The position numbers and the translations under genes were made by a program. A stretch of 32,000 nucleotides of DNA, from the NCBI GenBank assembly GCA_041662745.1, contig JBAZRV010000004.1, forward strand, positions 90,001 to 122,000, in the 5' to 3' direction. The stretch comes from Patescibacteria group bacterium. GTDB taxonomy: Bacteria > Patescibacteriota > Patescibacteriia > 2-01-FULL-39-33. This document shows positions 9,725-17,542 of the stretch, one piece after another; the stretch's first letter is position 1; each line of letters starts with the position of its first letter. A model generated the notes under the pieces. The model was not told the origin of the DNA. It saw only the letters and a list, made by a program, of their open reading frames with translations, and made no database searches.

Positions 9725-10810
9725 ATGAACCGCTACATTGCTATTAGCGCCATCACAATTTTTTGCTTGCTTGCCATCGGTATCGGCGTCGCTTGGGCGC
9801 CGATTTTTCCTCTGGCCAAACAATTGACGGGAGCGCCGCTGACGGCTCTGCCGCCGAAATCCGACTCCCTGCCGGCCGAGCCGAAACAGGCAACTGCCAC
9901 ACTGATTTTCGGCGGCGATGTCATGCTCTCGCGCAATGTCGGACAAAAAATGGCCAAATACCAAGATTGGTCCTGGCCGTTTGCAAATATCGCCGGACTG
10001 CTGGCGGACGCCGATTTAACGGTCATCAATCTGGAGTCGCCCTTTACCATCGGCGGTTCGCATTTGGTTAAAACCGGATCATTTTCTTTTAACGCCGATC
10101 CGCAAGCGCTGGCCGGACTGGCTCAAGCGGGCATTGATGTGGTCGCTCTGGCCAATAATCATATTTTAAACCAGGGCAAAAAGGGCGTAATTGATACGCA
10201 AAAACTTTTAACCGCTAACGGCATTGCTTTTGCCGGCGCCGGACTCAATGAAAGCGAAGCCGGCAGGCCGGCAATCAAAGAAATAAACGGAATCAAATTC
10301 GGTTTTTTATCTTATGCTTATCCGAATGATTATTCCGTGGCCGGCGCTTCTACGCCCGGACTGGCCGGCATGGACATAAGTAAAATGACAACGGCTGTTG
10401 CCAATTTAAAAACAGAAGCTGACTTGGTGGCGGTCTTAATGCACGCCGGAATTGAATACGTTAACACGCCCAATAAACAACAGGTCGCTTTTGCCCATGC
10501 CGCCATTGATGCCGGGGCCGACCTGGTAATCGGCCATCATCCGCACTGGGCGCAGACCGTTGAGATTTATAACGGCAAACCGATTGTGTATTCTTTGGGC
10601 AACCTGATCTTTGATCAGATGTGGTCGCTGGAAACGCAACAAGGCGCCTTAGCCGAAATAAAAGTGGCTGACAAGCAGATAAGTTCAATCAAGATTATTC
10701 CGATCAAAATCATTGATTACGGCCAAGCGATTCTGGCTACCGGTACGGACAAAGAGTTGACCTTAAAAAGGATGGGATTAAATAATGAGGTAATTAACAT
10801 TAATAATTAA
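9725..10810 (+). CDS. CapA/PGA_cap family metallophosphoesterase-like protein (361 aa)
   Basis: Signal anchor, then FGGDVMLSRNV, NLESP, ANNH and GHHPH motifs characteristic of CapA-type proteins. Confidence 0.8.
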   Translation: MNRYIAISAITIFCLLAIGIGVAWAPIFPLAKQLTGAPLTALPPKSDSLPAEPKQATATLIFGGDVMLSRNVGQKMAKYQDWSWPFANIAGLLADADLTVINLESPFTIGGSHLVKTGSFSFNADPQALAGLAQAGIDVVALANNHILNQGKKGVIDTQKLLTANGIAFAGAGLNESEAGRPAIKEINGIKFGFLSYAYPNDYSVAGASTPGLAGMDISKMTTAVANLKTEADLVAVLMHAGIEYVNTPNKQQVAFAHAAIDAGADLVIGHHPHWAQTVEIYNGKPIVYSLGNLIFDQMWSLETQQGALAEIKVADKQISSIKIIPIKIIDYGQAILATGTDKELTLKRMGLNNEVININN

Positions 10811-10874
10811 TAGTTAAACCGATTAAGAACCGAATTGATTCATTCCCCGGATCAAACTTATATTAAGCAATTTT

Positions 10875-10914
10875 AAAAGCGGAGCATGTCATCACGACAT
10901 TCTCCGCTTTTTTG
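10875..10914. terminator. Bidirectional terminator between convergent genes
   Basis: aaaagcggag ... ctccgctttt stem (10875-10884 / 10902-10911) with flanking A and T runs. Confidence 0.6.
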
Positions 10915-10932
10915 TGCTATTTGGTGGCGCCC

Positions 10933-11994
10933 CTACTTTCGGGTCGCCAACTGGGCCGCTTTGCGCGCCGCCGCCAACATCGGATTGTCTTCCAGACTGG
11001 ATCCGAATTGGCGATCGCGATGAGGCTTCTTGAAACCGGCTCGGCCCGCTTCGGTGAAGGACGCGTCAATAATCTGGCCGAGGCGGTAGATAAGGCCCCG
11101 GAGTCGGCGCTGAAGACGGCTTTTATTGATGGCATCCGGCGAATCATCGCTGATTTCGTCGGGGTCTTTGCCACCCAGCAGAGCCACAGCCGCCTGTCGT
11201 TTGAGGTTCTGGCCCTCGACGAAGATGGGCTCGCCGTCCGGCTTCTCCCAATAGTAGGGACCAACCAGAACTTGCCGTCCGGTCGGCTCACCGGTTTCGG
11301 GATTTACTTCCTCCTCCCGCCGGTAACCCACGCCACACTTCCACTGCTCGAGATTGATCCCGAGCCGGCCATCAGCGAAATGGATCACCGTGACCTTGAC
11401 GAAGCGCTGACCGAAACCCGACTCCAGCACGGTCGTGTGGGAGAATTCCCCACACTCTTTGTCCATCAAATTTTTGTTGATGGACGGCGTAAGCGGCATA
11501 AACCGCTTACCCAACGAACCGCGACTCATGCCACGGATCTTAGCGGTACCGATCAGGATCGGTTCCACCATTCCGGGCATATCCGCCGGCGCCACGATCT
11601 GCGTGGTGCTTCGTCCTCGACGAACCACAACCTCGCCATCGTTGATGCCATTGGCGATGGCGACTTTTCCGATGTCCAGAAACACCTTGTCCATCAAGGC
11701 GTTGCTGATCTCGACGGCGATAGGGACGATCGTCGTCGCTTCCTGGTTGACGGTACCGTCGTCATTGACGGTACTGCAAACCACTGGCAGTCCGCCCGCC
11801 TGGAACATCTCCAGACTGACATTGTCTTCACCATAGCCGGCTTCTTTCACCGTCAACGTCGCTTCCGACGTCTCCGGCGCTTCCGGCTCCTCGGCGACGG
11901 CAACGGCGCCACGTTCCTGCATGGCCGCCAACTCGGCCGCCATCGCTGCATCCGACGTACCATTGCCATTGCCACGACGACTCTTCTTGCTCAT
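10933..11994 (-). CDS. Hypothetical protein, GC-rich orphan (353 aa)
   Basis: ATG at 11994 is preceded by AAGGAG (cggcaaggagacaaacATG). The product has normal, non-repetitive composition, whereas the overlapping + strand ORF is Arg-rich junk. Own consensus promoter and terminator. No family recognised. Confidence 0.7.
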   Translation of the reverse strand: MSKKSRRGNGNGTSDAAMAAELAAMQERGAVAVAEEPEAPETSEATLTVKEAGYGEDNVSLEMFQAGGLPVVCSTVNDDGTVNQEATTIVPIAVEISNALMDKVFLDIGKVAIANGINDGEVVVRRGRSTTQIVAPADMPGMVEPILIGTAKIRGMSRGSLGKRFMPLTPSINKNLMDKECGEFSHTTVLESGFGQRFVKVTVIHFADGRLGINLEQWKCGVGYRREEEVNPETGEPTGRQVLVGPYYWEKPDGEPIFVEGQNLKRQAAVALLGGKDPDEISDDSPDAINKSRLQRRLRGLIYRLGQIIDASFTEAGRAGFKKPHRDRQFGSSLEDNPMLAAARKAAQLATRK

Positions 11995-12072
11995 GTTTGT
12001 CTCCTTGCCGCTAATCGCGGCTTTTATGGGGATTGTTAGGTGCTTGCCACGCCCACCAGGACGTAACAAATA

Positions 12073-12101
12073 ATTATAGCACACTGATATTTTTTTGTCA
12101 A
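12073..12101 (-). promoter_or_regulatory. Perfect consensus sigma70-type promoter for the GC-rich orphan gene
   Basis: The minus strand reads TTGACA (12101-12096), a 17-nt spacer, then TATAAT (12078-12073). This places it about 80 nt upstream of the ATG at 11994. Confidence 0.65.
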
Positions 12102-12231
12102 TAGACTTATCCACAGTAAAAGCGAAATATTTATGTTTTATAAACAAAAATATCTAAATTTAAACAAAAAAATAAATAGCTAAATGCTATTTATTCCTGA
12201 TTATTCAAGCTAAATTATCGCTCTGCGGCCA

Positions 12232-12366
12232 TTATCTGATGGAAACGGAAAACAATCCGGTTAAATACGATAAAATCGGGGTCAAAATGATAATGCCCAA
12301 ATTCCACAAAGGTTTAATAAAATTTTCCCATACGCCGATAACGGCCAGGGTATACAAAACCACCAT
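12232..12366 (-). CDS. Possible small hydrophobic protein (44 aa, two predicted TM segments)
   Basis: Read by hand, as it is below the ORF-track cut-off: MVVLYTLAVIGVWENFIKPLWNLGIIILTPILSYLTGLFSVSIR. Lies downstream of the promoter at 12453-12481. The Shine-Dalgarno sequence is weak. Confidence 0.3.
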   Translation of the reverse strand: MVVLYTLAVIGVWENFIKPLWNLGIIILTPILSYLTGLFSVSIR

Positions 12367-12452
12367 TACCCAAAAAATTGTCTTTAAATAAGTATCGTCC
12401 ACAGAATTAGCTTATGGCTTATAGAAAATGGCTTATAGTAAACCAATTTCAG

Positions 12453-12481
12453 ATTCTACACCAAAAAACAGCAAATGTCAA
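12453..12481 (-). promoter_or_regulatory. Sigma70-type promoter
   Basis: The minus strand reads TTGACA (12481-12476), a 17-nt spacer, then TAGAAT (12458-12453). The -35 box sits inside three overlapping tgacat repeats. Confidence 0.5.
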
Positions 12482-12497
12482 TGTCAAATGTCAATAT

Positions 12498-13547
12498 TTA
12501 GTTGCTGAACCGGAAATGACAGACATCGCCGTCCGCCATGACGTAATCCTTGCCTTCCAATCGGATCAAACCTTTTTCGCGCGCTCGCGCTTCTCCGCCT
12601 GCCGCCGCCAAATCCTGCCACTTGATCACTTCGGCGCGAATAAATCCTTTTTCAAAATCCGTATGGATGACTCCGGCCGCTTGCGGCGCTTTAGTGCCGC
12701 GCTTGATGGTCCAGGCCTTGGTTTCCATTTCACCGGAGGTAAAATAAGTAATCAAGTCCAAAGCGTTGTAAGCCTTGACGATCAGCCGATCAAGCCCGGA
12801 CGCCTCCAACTGCAATTCCTTTAAATACGCTTCGGCTTCTTCCGCCGGCAATTCAGCCAGCTCCGCTTCAATCTTGGCGGAGATGGTCAGGTAGTCGGTT
12901 TCCTGATAAACTTTATCCTCGTCAACATTCAAAACATAAATCATCGGCTTCATGGTCAGCAAACATAAGTCCTTAACTAATAATTTTTCTTCCTCGGCGC
13001 TGACAATCTCGCTGGCTAATTTTCCCGCTTCCAAGCCCGTCTTTAATTTCTCCAAAATCGGCTGGAGTTCCAGGGCTTCCTTTTTGCCGGCGCGCGCTTC
13101 TTTGTTGTTAGCGTCATATCTCTTTTCTATTGTCTGCATATCAGCCAAAACAAGTTCCAGATTAATCACCTCGCGATCCGACTGCGGATTGACTTGGCCG
13201 GCCACATGAATGACGTTCTCATCGGAAAACTGACGCACCACTTGGACGATGGCGTCCACTTCGCGGATATTGGCTAAAAATTTATTGCCCAGCCCTTCGC
13301 CCTTGCTGGCGCCCTTGACGATGCCGGCAATATCAATGAACTCAATCGCGGTCGGCACGATTTTCGCGGAATTGGAAACGCGCGCCAATTGTTCCAGACG
13401 CTCGTCCGGCACCGGCACTACACCGACATTAGGATCAATCGTGCAAAAAGGATAATTGGCTGCATCAACTTGTTTTTTGGTCAGGGCTTTAAATAACGTG
13501 GACTTGCCCACATTGGGCAGGCCGACGATGCCGATGGAGAAAGACAT
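12498..13547 (-). CDS. ychF: Ribosome-binding ATPase YchF (349 aa)
   Basis: [19 protein letters not shown]-loop, [10 protein letters not shown], the [11 protein letters not shown]3 region, and the C-terminal TGS-like segment GFIRAEV. Confidence 0.95.
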   Translation of the reverse strand: MSFSIGIVGLPNVGKSTLFKALTKKQVDAANYPFCTIDPNVGVVPVPDERLEQLARVSNSAKIVPTAIEFIDIAGIVKGASKGEGLGNKFLANIREVDAIVQVVRQFSDENVIHVAGQVNPQSDREVINLELVLADMQTIEKRYDANNKEARAGKKEALELQPILEKLKTGLEAGKLASEIVSAEEEKLLVKDLCLLTMKPMIYVLNVDEDKVYQETDYLTISAKIEAELAELPAEEAEAYLKELQLEASGLDRLIVKAYNALDLITYFTSGEMETKAWTIKRGTKAPQAAGVIHTDFEKGFIRAEVIKWQDLAAAGGEARAREKGLIRLEGKDYVMADGDVCHFRFSN

Positions 13548-13641
13548 AATTTAAAAGGTTAAAAATCGTAAAAACAAGAATCTGTGAAATCATTAAGATT
13601 TAGTTGCTCGTGAATTTAAATAAACTGCATTTATTGCCTAA

Positions 13642-13670
13642 ACTATAGCAAAGTAACCTGAAAAAATCAA
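13642..13670 (-). promoter_or_regulatory. Sigma70-type promoter for ychF
   Basis: The minus strand reads TTGATT (13670-13665), a 17-nt spacer, then TATAGT (13647-13642). Confidence 0.45.
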
Positions 13671-13694
13671 GGATTGCCCTCGGCAAAACTATTA

Positions 13695-13727
13695 AATTAA
13701 AAGGGGGCAGTAATCGCTTACTGCCCC
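13695..13727 (-). terminator. Terminator of the PspA-like operon
   Basis: Perfect 10-bp stem ggggcagtaa / ttactgcccc (13704-13713 / 13718-13727) with loop tcgc. It is followed on the minus strand by a T-rich run and lies 37 nt after the stop at 13764. Confidence 0.7.
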
Positions 13728-13763
13728 GCAAATAAAGTGCTTTTTTAATTCAGCTTGTTCAGT

Positions 13764-14492
13764 TCAGTTTGCCTTGGCCGCCTGAAATTCGGCCATCAGA
13801 CCGGCGTCAATATCCTGAGCGTCCAGCTGAGCTAGCGCCGCATCCACGTTGAAGCCGGAGGAGGCATCCAAATCGCGGTCGATGTCGCCATCCGATCGGA
13901 ATTCTGCTTGAGCCGCAACCAACTCACCCTGGAGTTCACCCAGGAATGCGGTATCAACCTTAGCGCCGCCCTGAGCCCGCGCCCGATCGCGCATCGCTAC
14001 CGCTTGCTTATGAGCTTCAATCGCCTTGAGCATAGCGGGTCCGTTTTGGCGGATCGTGTTCAATCCGGATAGGGCTTCATTGTAATTGGCCCGAGCGAGC
14101 TTGTAACTCTCCTCGAGAGTACCATAGGTTACCTTCTGACTCGCGATCGCGTCGTCAAGGGATTTGACCTCCTGCGATACCTGGCCGAGTTGCGCTGTCT
14201 TGTCCGGTTGATCAACCAGGCTGCCGCCCAAGCCGACGAGCTTGATCCGACGAACCTGCAGAGCTTCCAACGGCTCCAATTCTTTGGTTTCCGGATCGGC
14301 GATCGCGCGCATTTGGGCGCCGATCTGCCGCGCCAATATTCGCTTTTCCTGGACTTGCTTTTCCAGTTCCGCGATGATTTGCGTCAATTTTTCTTCCGGC
14401 GATAAGGCCGAGGCCAAAAGCCCCTGCAATCGACTGCCCATCGCCTTGAAAAACATGCCAATATTAACTTTCTTGTCCATCGCTTGCGACAT
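13764..14492 (-). CDS. PspA/IM30 (ESCRT-III superfamily)-like protein (242 aa)
   Basis: ATG at 14492 is preceded by GAGGAG. The N-terminal region MFFKAMGSRLQGLLASALSPEEKLTQIIAELEKQVQEKR matches the PspA pattern (amphipathic helix, then P-E-x-x-L-x-Q-x-I-x-E-L-E). The remainder is long helical heptad-like sequence with an acidic C-terminus. Confidence 0.6.
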   Translation of the reverse strand: MSQAMDKKVNIGMFFKAMGSRLQGLLASALSPEEKLTQIIAELEKQVQEKRILARQIGAQMRAIADPETKELEPLEALQVRRIKLVGLGGSLVDQPDKTAQLGQVSQEVKSLDDAIASQKVTYGTLEESYKLARANYNEALSGLNTIRQNGPAMLKAIEAHKQAVAMRDRARAQGGAKVDTAFLGELQGELVAAQAEFRSDGDIDRDLDASSGFNVDAALAQLDAQDIDAGLMAEFQAAKAN

Positions 14493-14565
14493 TGATTTGT
14501 CTCCTCTTTTGTTGCGATTTCTGGTTTCTGATTTGAATAACGACTTACGGCTTACTAACAAAAAA

Positions 14566-15303
14566 TTAAAGCAAATCACTCACATCAACCGACGGTTCAA
14601 ACTTTTCTCCCAGAAACAGTCCGCCGGAACCTCTGGCCTCGCCCTTTCTGGCGTCCAAATAAATCAGCTGCCTGTCACCGCCCCGTTCGCGCGAAGTGAC
14701 AAAGTACAACCGATCGTCGTTTTCAATGGCATCGCATTCTCCGTCCACCTGAGCATCAAACGTACCGATATCAATGATTTCCCAAGTAACACCGGAAGTT
14801 AAACTCGACGGCAATTCGTATGGCACGGGTTCAGACTGGTCATTCTCCTTAAAGATCCGTGCCGGTCCCGGCTTACCCTCAACCCCTTTATAAAATTTCA
14901 TCAAGGACATTGATTCCAACTTCGTGGCCCTTAGCCAAATCGGTTTACCGCCTTCTTGGCTGGGTACCTTAAAAATCCAGATACCTCCCGCCAAAGCCAA
15001 TGCCTTGGAAACTGCCTCGGTTTTAGACCAAGGCGAATCCGGTGTCTTCTTAAACATCTCCCACAAAGTAACTGAGGCTTTGACTGCCCGTTCCGACTCT
15101 CCCAATAGAGTAATCGTTTGCTGGGCCAATGTCTGTTCCAACCGCTTATGCATAGGCGGTGGGGTATCAAGTGAAACCAGGTTACGAGGTTGTTTGGCCA
15201 CTTTATTTCCAACAACCAGCGCTTTTTTGTTTTTAATCAGACAACCAATACCTACGCCGGAAGCCAAGATAACAAAGAGCCCTAATAGTGACAAAAAATC
15301 CAT
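14566..15303 (-). CDS. Membrane-anchored hypothetical protein (245 aa); C-terminal half possibly DUF4178-like
   Basis: ATG at 15303 is preceded by AAGGAG. One N-terminal TM helix. The C-terminal stretch VTWEIIDIGTFDAQVDGE...LIYLDARKGEARGSGGLFLGEKF is reminiscent of DUF4178, but this is unverified. Confidence 0.7.
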   Translation of the reverse strand: MDFLSLLGLFVILASGVGIGCLIKNKKALVVGNKVAKQPRNLVSLDTPPPMHKRLEQTLAQQTITLLGESERAVKASVTLWEMFKKTPDSPWSKTEAVSKALALAGGIWIFKVPSQEGGKPIWLRATKLESMSLMKFYKGVEGKPGPARIFKENDQSEPVPYELPSSLTSGVTWEIIDIGTFDAQVDGECDAIENDDRLYFVTSRERGGDRQLIYLDARKGEARGSGGLFLGEKFEPSVDVSDLL

Positions 15304-15362
15304 GTCTTTTCTCCTTCTTCGTTTAGACTACCAATTGAATAAACAATGTTCATTCTTTTTGT

Positions 15363-15545
15363 TCACCAACCGCCACTGTCGCTGCTGGAACTGCTACTGC
15401 CCCAACCGCCACTGTCGCTGCTGGAACTGCTACTGCCCCAACCGCCACTGTCGCTGCTGGAACTGCTACCGCCCCAACCGCCACTGTCGCTGCTGGAACT
15501 GCTACTGCCCCAGTCGCTCCAACCGCTGCTGGAACTGCTACCGGA
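15363..15545. repeat. 36-bp tandem repeat, 4 near-identical copies plus a degenerate partial copy, inside the 3' end of the 607-aa gene
   Basis: The unit aaccgccactgtcgctgctggaactgctactgcccc occurs at 15368-15403, 15404-15439, 15440-15475 (one t>c change) and 15476-15511. A degenerate continuation runs to about 15545. Confidence 0.95.
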
Positions 15546-17186
15546 ACTGTCGGAGTCAAAAGAAAACGATGATGTGCTCTGACTATCTTGGTAATCGTCG
15601 TAGGCTTTTTTAGCCTTCCGACCAGTGTCATCAGCTAACTGATATGCTTGATCGGCATTAAACACAGCCGATTCGTAACGCCTGTCGGAAGCGTCACGGC
15701 GAGCTTGGGCCAAATGGCTTTTAGCGGAATCAAAATCCGACTGAGCCGACGAAGAATGGCTGCCATAACTTTCAACACTATCTTCGTTGTCATCAATCAT
15801 TCGTTCAGCTCGGCGTTCTTGATTGGGCCAATCTAAACGATACGATTCTAAATCATCAACTCTCTTCGTGAACTGTAGCAAAAAACGATTGACCTGAGAC
15901 AAATCACGATCGCCATTGGTTATTTCCGAATCAGCCAATTTGTAATCTTGATCCTCGGTCGCAATTCTTTGGGCTTTAGCCAAGCGCTCCCTGACCCATG
16001 AAAGATCGTCGCTGGCCAATGTTACATTGTCAGCCACTGGCGACCAAACGGTTTTCGCATGAAGATCAAGTTTGGCGCGGAGCTGCCGCGCCTGATTAAG
16101 GCCGTTTTGAGCAGTCGCAATGTTAGAAGCCAAAATTGCAATATTATTCCTAACCTTCTCCGCCATTATTAGTTGCTGATCGGCCCCCCTAATCGCTTCG
16201 TTAGCCAACTCAGCCGCCTTAAGCGCGTTGCTGTAAACCAAGGGCAGATCATATTTGCCCCCTTCAATAATTGCTTGCGAAGCCTCGGTGGCAACGGCAA
16301 ACAACTGTTCCGCTTGACGCAAATCGGCGTAAGGTTGCTTGAGCGCCTTAGCTGCCAATAGCGGGCCTTTGCCGACCAAATTGTCAAGATAACTGTTGGC
16401 CGACGAAATGCTGTTTTGAGCCGACACCAACCTGTCTTTCGCGTTGGCTTGCGCTTCTTGATAGAAGTCAAGATTGCTTGCCACTTTGGAAACAAAGGAG
16501 TCAATGGAGTCGACGAGCAAAGAGGTGGCGGTTAGCAAGTCGCGCGCTTGATTGGGATCACCCAACTGGTCGGAACTCTCAACCGGCAACAAATCGGAAA
16601 TCTTTTTCAAATTGCCGGAAGCCTTATCAAGACTGATTTTTGCTTCCGACAACTCTTCAAGATTTTGGGCTGCATACTTGGACAAGTACTGACTGCCCTC
16701 GCTGGACAACCTTTCCTTGGCCGAACCGTAAGCCCGATTCTTCTCCTCCCATCCCAGCTGAAGCTGGCTCAATTCCTGACGATCATCCTCGGTTACTTTT
16801 TCTATAGCCGCCAATTGTTCATTGGCGTTTTCCAACGCTCTCTGCGAAGCCTTGATAAATTTTTCGGCTTCAATAGCCTGCGCCTTCTTTTGCTTGGACT
16901 TGCCGGCCGCATCCGCCTGCTTGATGTCTTCCTCAGCCTGACTGAGATTGATTCGCCCCAACTCAATTAAGTCGGAAATCGGGACTGAATATTCCGGTTT
17001 ATACCAACTGGAAACAGTGCCGAATTCAGATTGGAATTGCTCAATAGCCAATGATTGCTCAATCGCCTCCTGCCTAACTCCGGCCAAACACTTGTCGGCC
17101 AGACGCTTAGGCGCGGACATGACCAGCCATAGGCCGGACATCATAGCGATAATCAACAGAATAATCAGGACTTTTGACTTGTTCAT
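15363..17186 (-). CDS. Membrane-anchored long coiled-coil protein with Ser/Gly/Trp-rich repeat tail (607 aa)
   Basis: ATG at 17186 is preceded by AAGGAG. N-terminal TM helix, about 500 aa of helical repeats (an EzrA-like architecture; homology not established), and a C-terminal (SSSSSSDSGGWG)n tail ending in W. Confidence 0.8.
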   Translation of the reverse strand: MNKSKVLIILLIIAMMSGLWLVMSAPKRLADKCLAGVRQEAIEQSLAIEQFQSEFGTVSSWYKPEYSVPISDLIELGRINLSQAEEDIKQADAAGKSKQKKAQAIEAEKFIKASQRALENANEQLAAIEKVTEDDRQELSQLQLGWEEKNRAYGSAKERLSSEGSQYLSKYAAQNLEELSEAKISLDKASGNLKKISDLLPVESSDQLGDPNQARDLLTATSLLVDSIDSFVSKVASNLDFYQEAQANAKDRLVSAQNSISSANSYLDNLVGKGPLLAAKALKQPYADLRQAEQLFAVATEASQAIIEGGKYDLPLVYSNALKAAELANEAIRGADQQLIMAEKVRNNIAILASNIATAQNGLNQARQLRAKLDLHAKTVWSPVADNVTLASDDLSWVRERLAKAQRIATEDQDYKLADSEITNGDRDLSQVNRFLLQFTKRVDDLESYRLDWPNQERRAERMIDDNEDSVESYGSHSSSAQSDFDSAKSHLAQARRDASDRRYESAVFNADQAYQLADDTGRKAKKAYDDYQDSQSTSSFSFDSDSSGSSSSSGWSDWGSSSSSSDSGGWGGSSSSSDSGGWGSSSSSSDSGGWGSSSSSSDSGGW

Positions 17187-17323
17187 GGTACTTGATTCTC
17201 CTTTTGTTGCCGGTTAATTAAGTTGCCTCAAATTGAGATACCCTGAAAGACATTATAAAAACTATTAAATTTTAAGGTTCCCAGCCTAAAGAAACCAAAA
17301 TTATAGCCACTTTAGAATTTTGC

Positions 17324-17352
17324 ATTCTATCATATCCTTAATAATTTGTCAA
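17324..17352 (-). promoter_or_regulatory. Sigma70-type promoter of the PspA-like operon
   Basis: The minus strand reads TTGACA (17352-17347), a 17-nt spacer, then TAGAAT (17329-17324). This places it about 135 nt upstream of the ATG at 17186. Confidence 0.55.
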
Positions 17353-17489
17353 ATAAAAATACAACAAAAAGATGCGAGGGATTGAATAATTCAACCGCCT
17401 GGGGCATTTTAAGTCGAGACCAATCCGGCCGAAAACAGAAACAGATTTATGGTATTGTCATGAAGAGAGGGTAATCCGCGCTTTTTTGA

Positions 17490-17518
17490 TTGAAAATATA
17501 ACTGCTTTTTGTTAAACT
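17490..17518 (+). promoter_or_regulatory. Sigma70-type promoter (extended -10) for the glycosyltransferase gene
   Basis: TTGAAA (17490-17495), a 17-nt spacer, then TGtTAAACT (-10 at 17513-17518). This places it 25 nt upstream of the ATG at 17543. Confidence 0.45.
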
Positions 17519-17542
17519 AAAGAAGTTAACCCAACACGGTTT

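Noticed and set aside
10912-12039. 375-aa ORF on the + strand, antisense to the GC-rich orphan gene
   Set aside because: The product is Arg/His-rich and repetitive (RRFRRLRRFRLL...). It has no ribosome-binding site and starts inside the terminator hairpin. Long antisense open frames are expected in GC-rich DNA. The minus-strand frame has the RBS, the promoter and a sensible composition.
15346-15631. CRISPR-like appearance of the 36-bp repeats, and the two extra ORFs (15346-15582 +, 15350-15631 -) over them
   Set aside because: The repeats are directly adjacent with no spacers, and they lie in frame inside a long gene with a good start. The extra ORFs are frame artefacts of the repeat.
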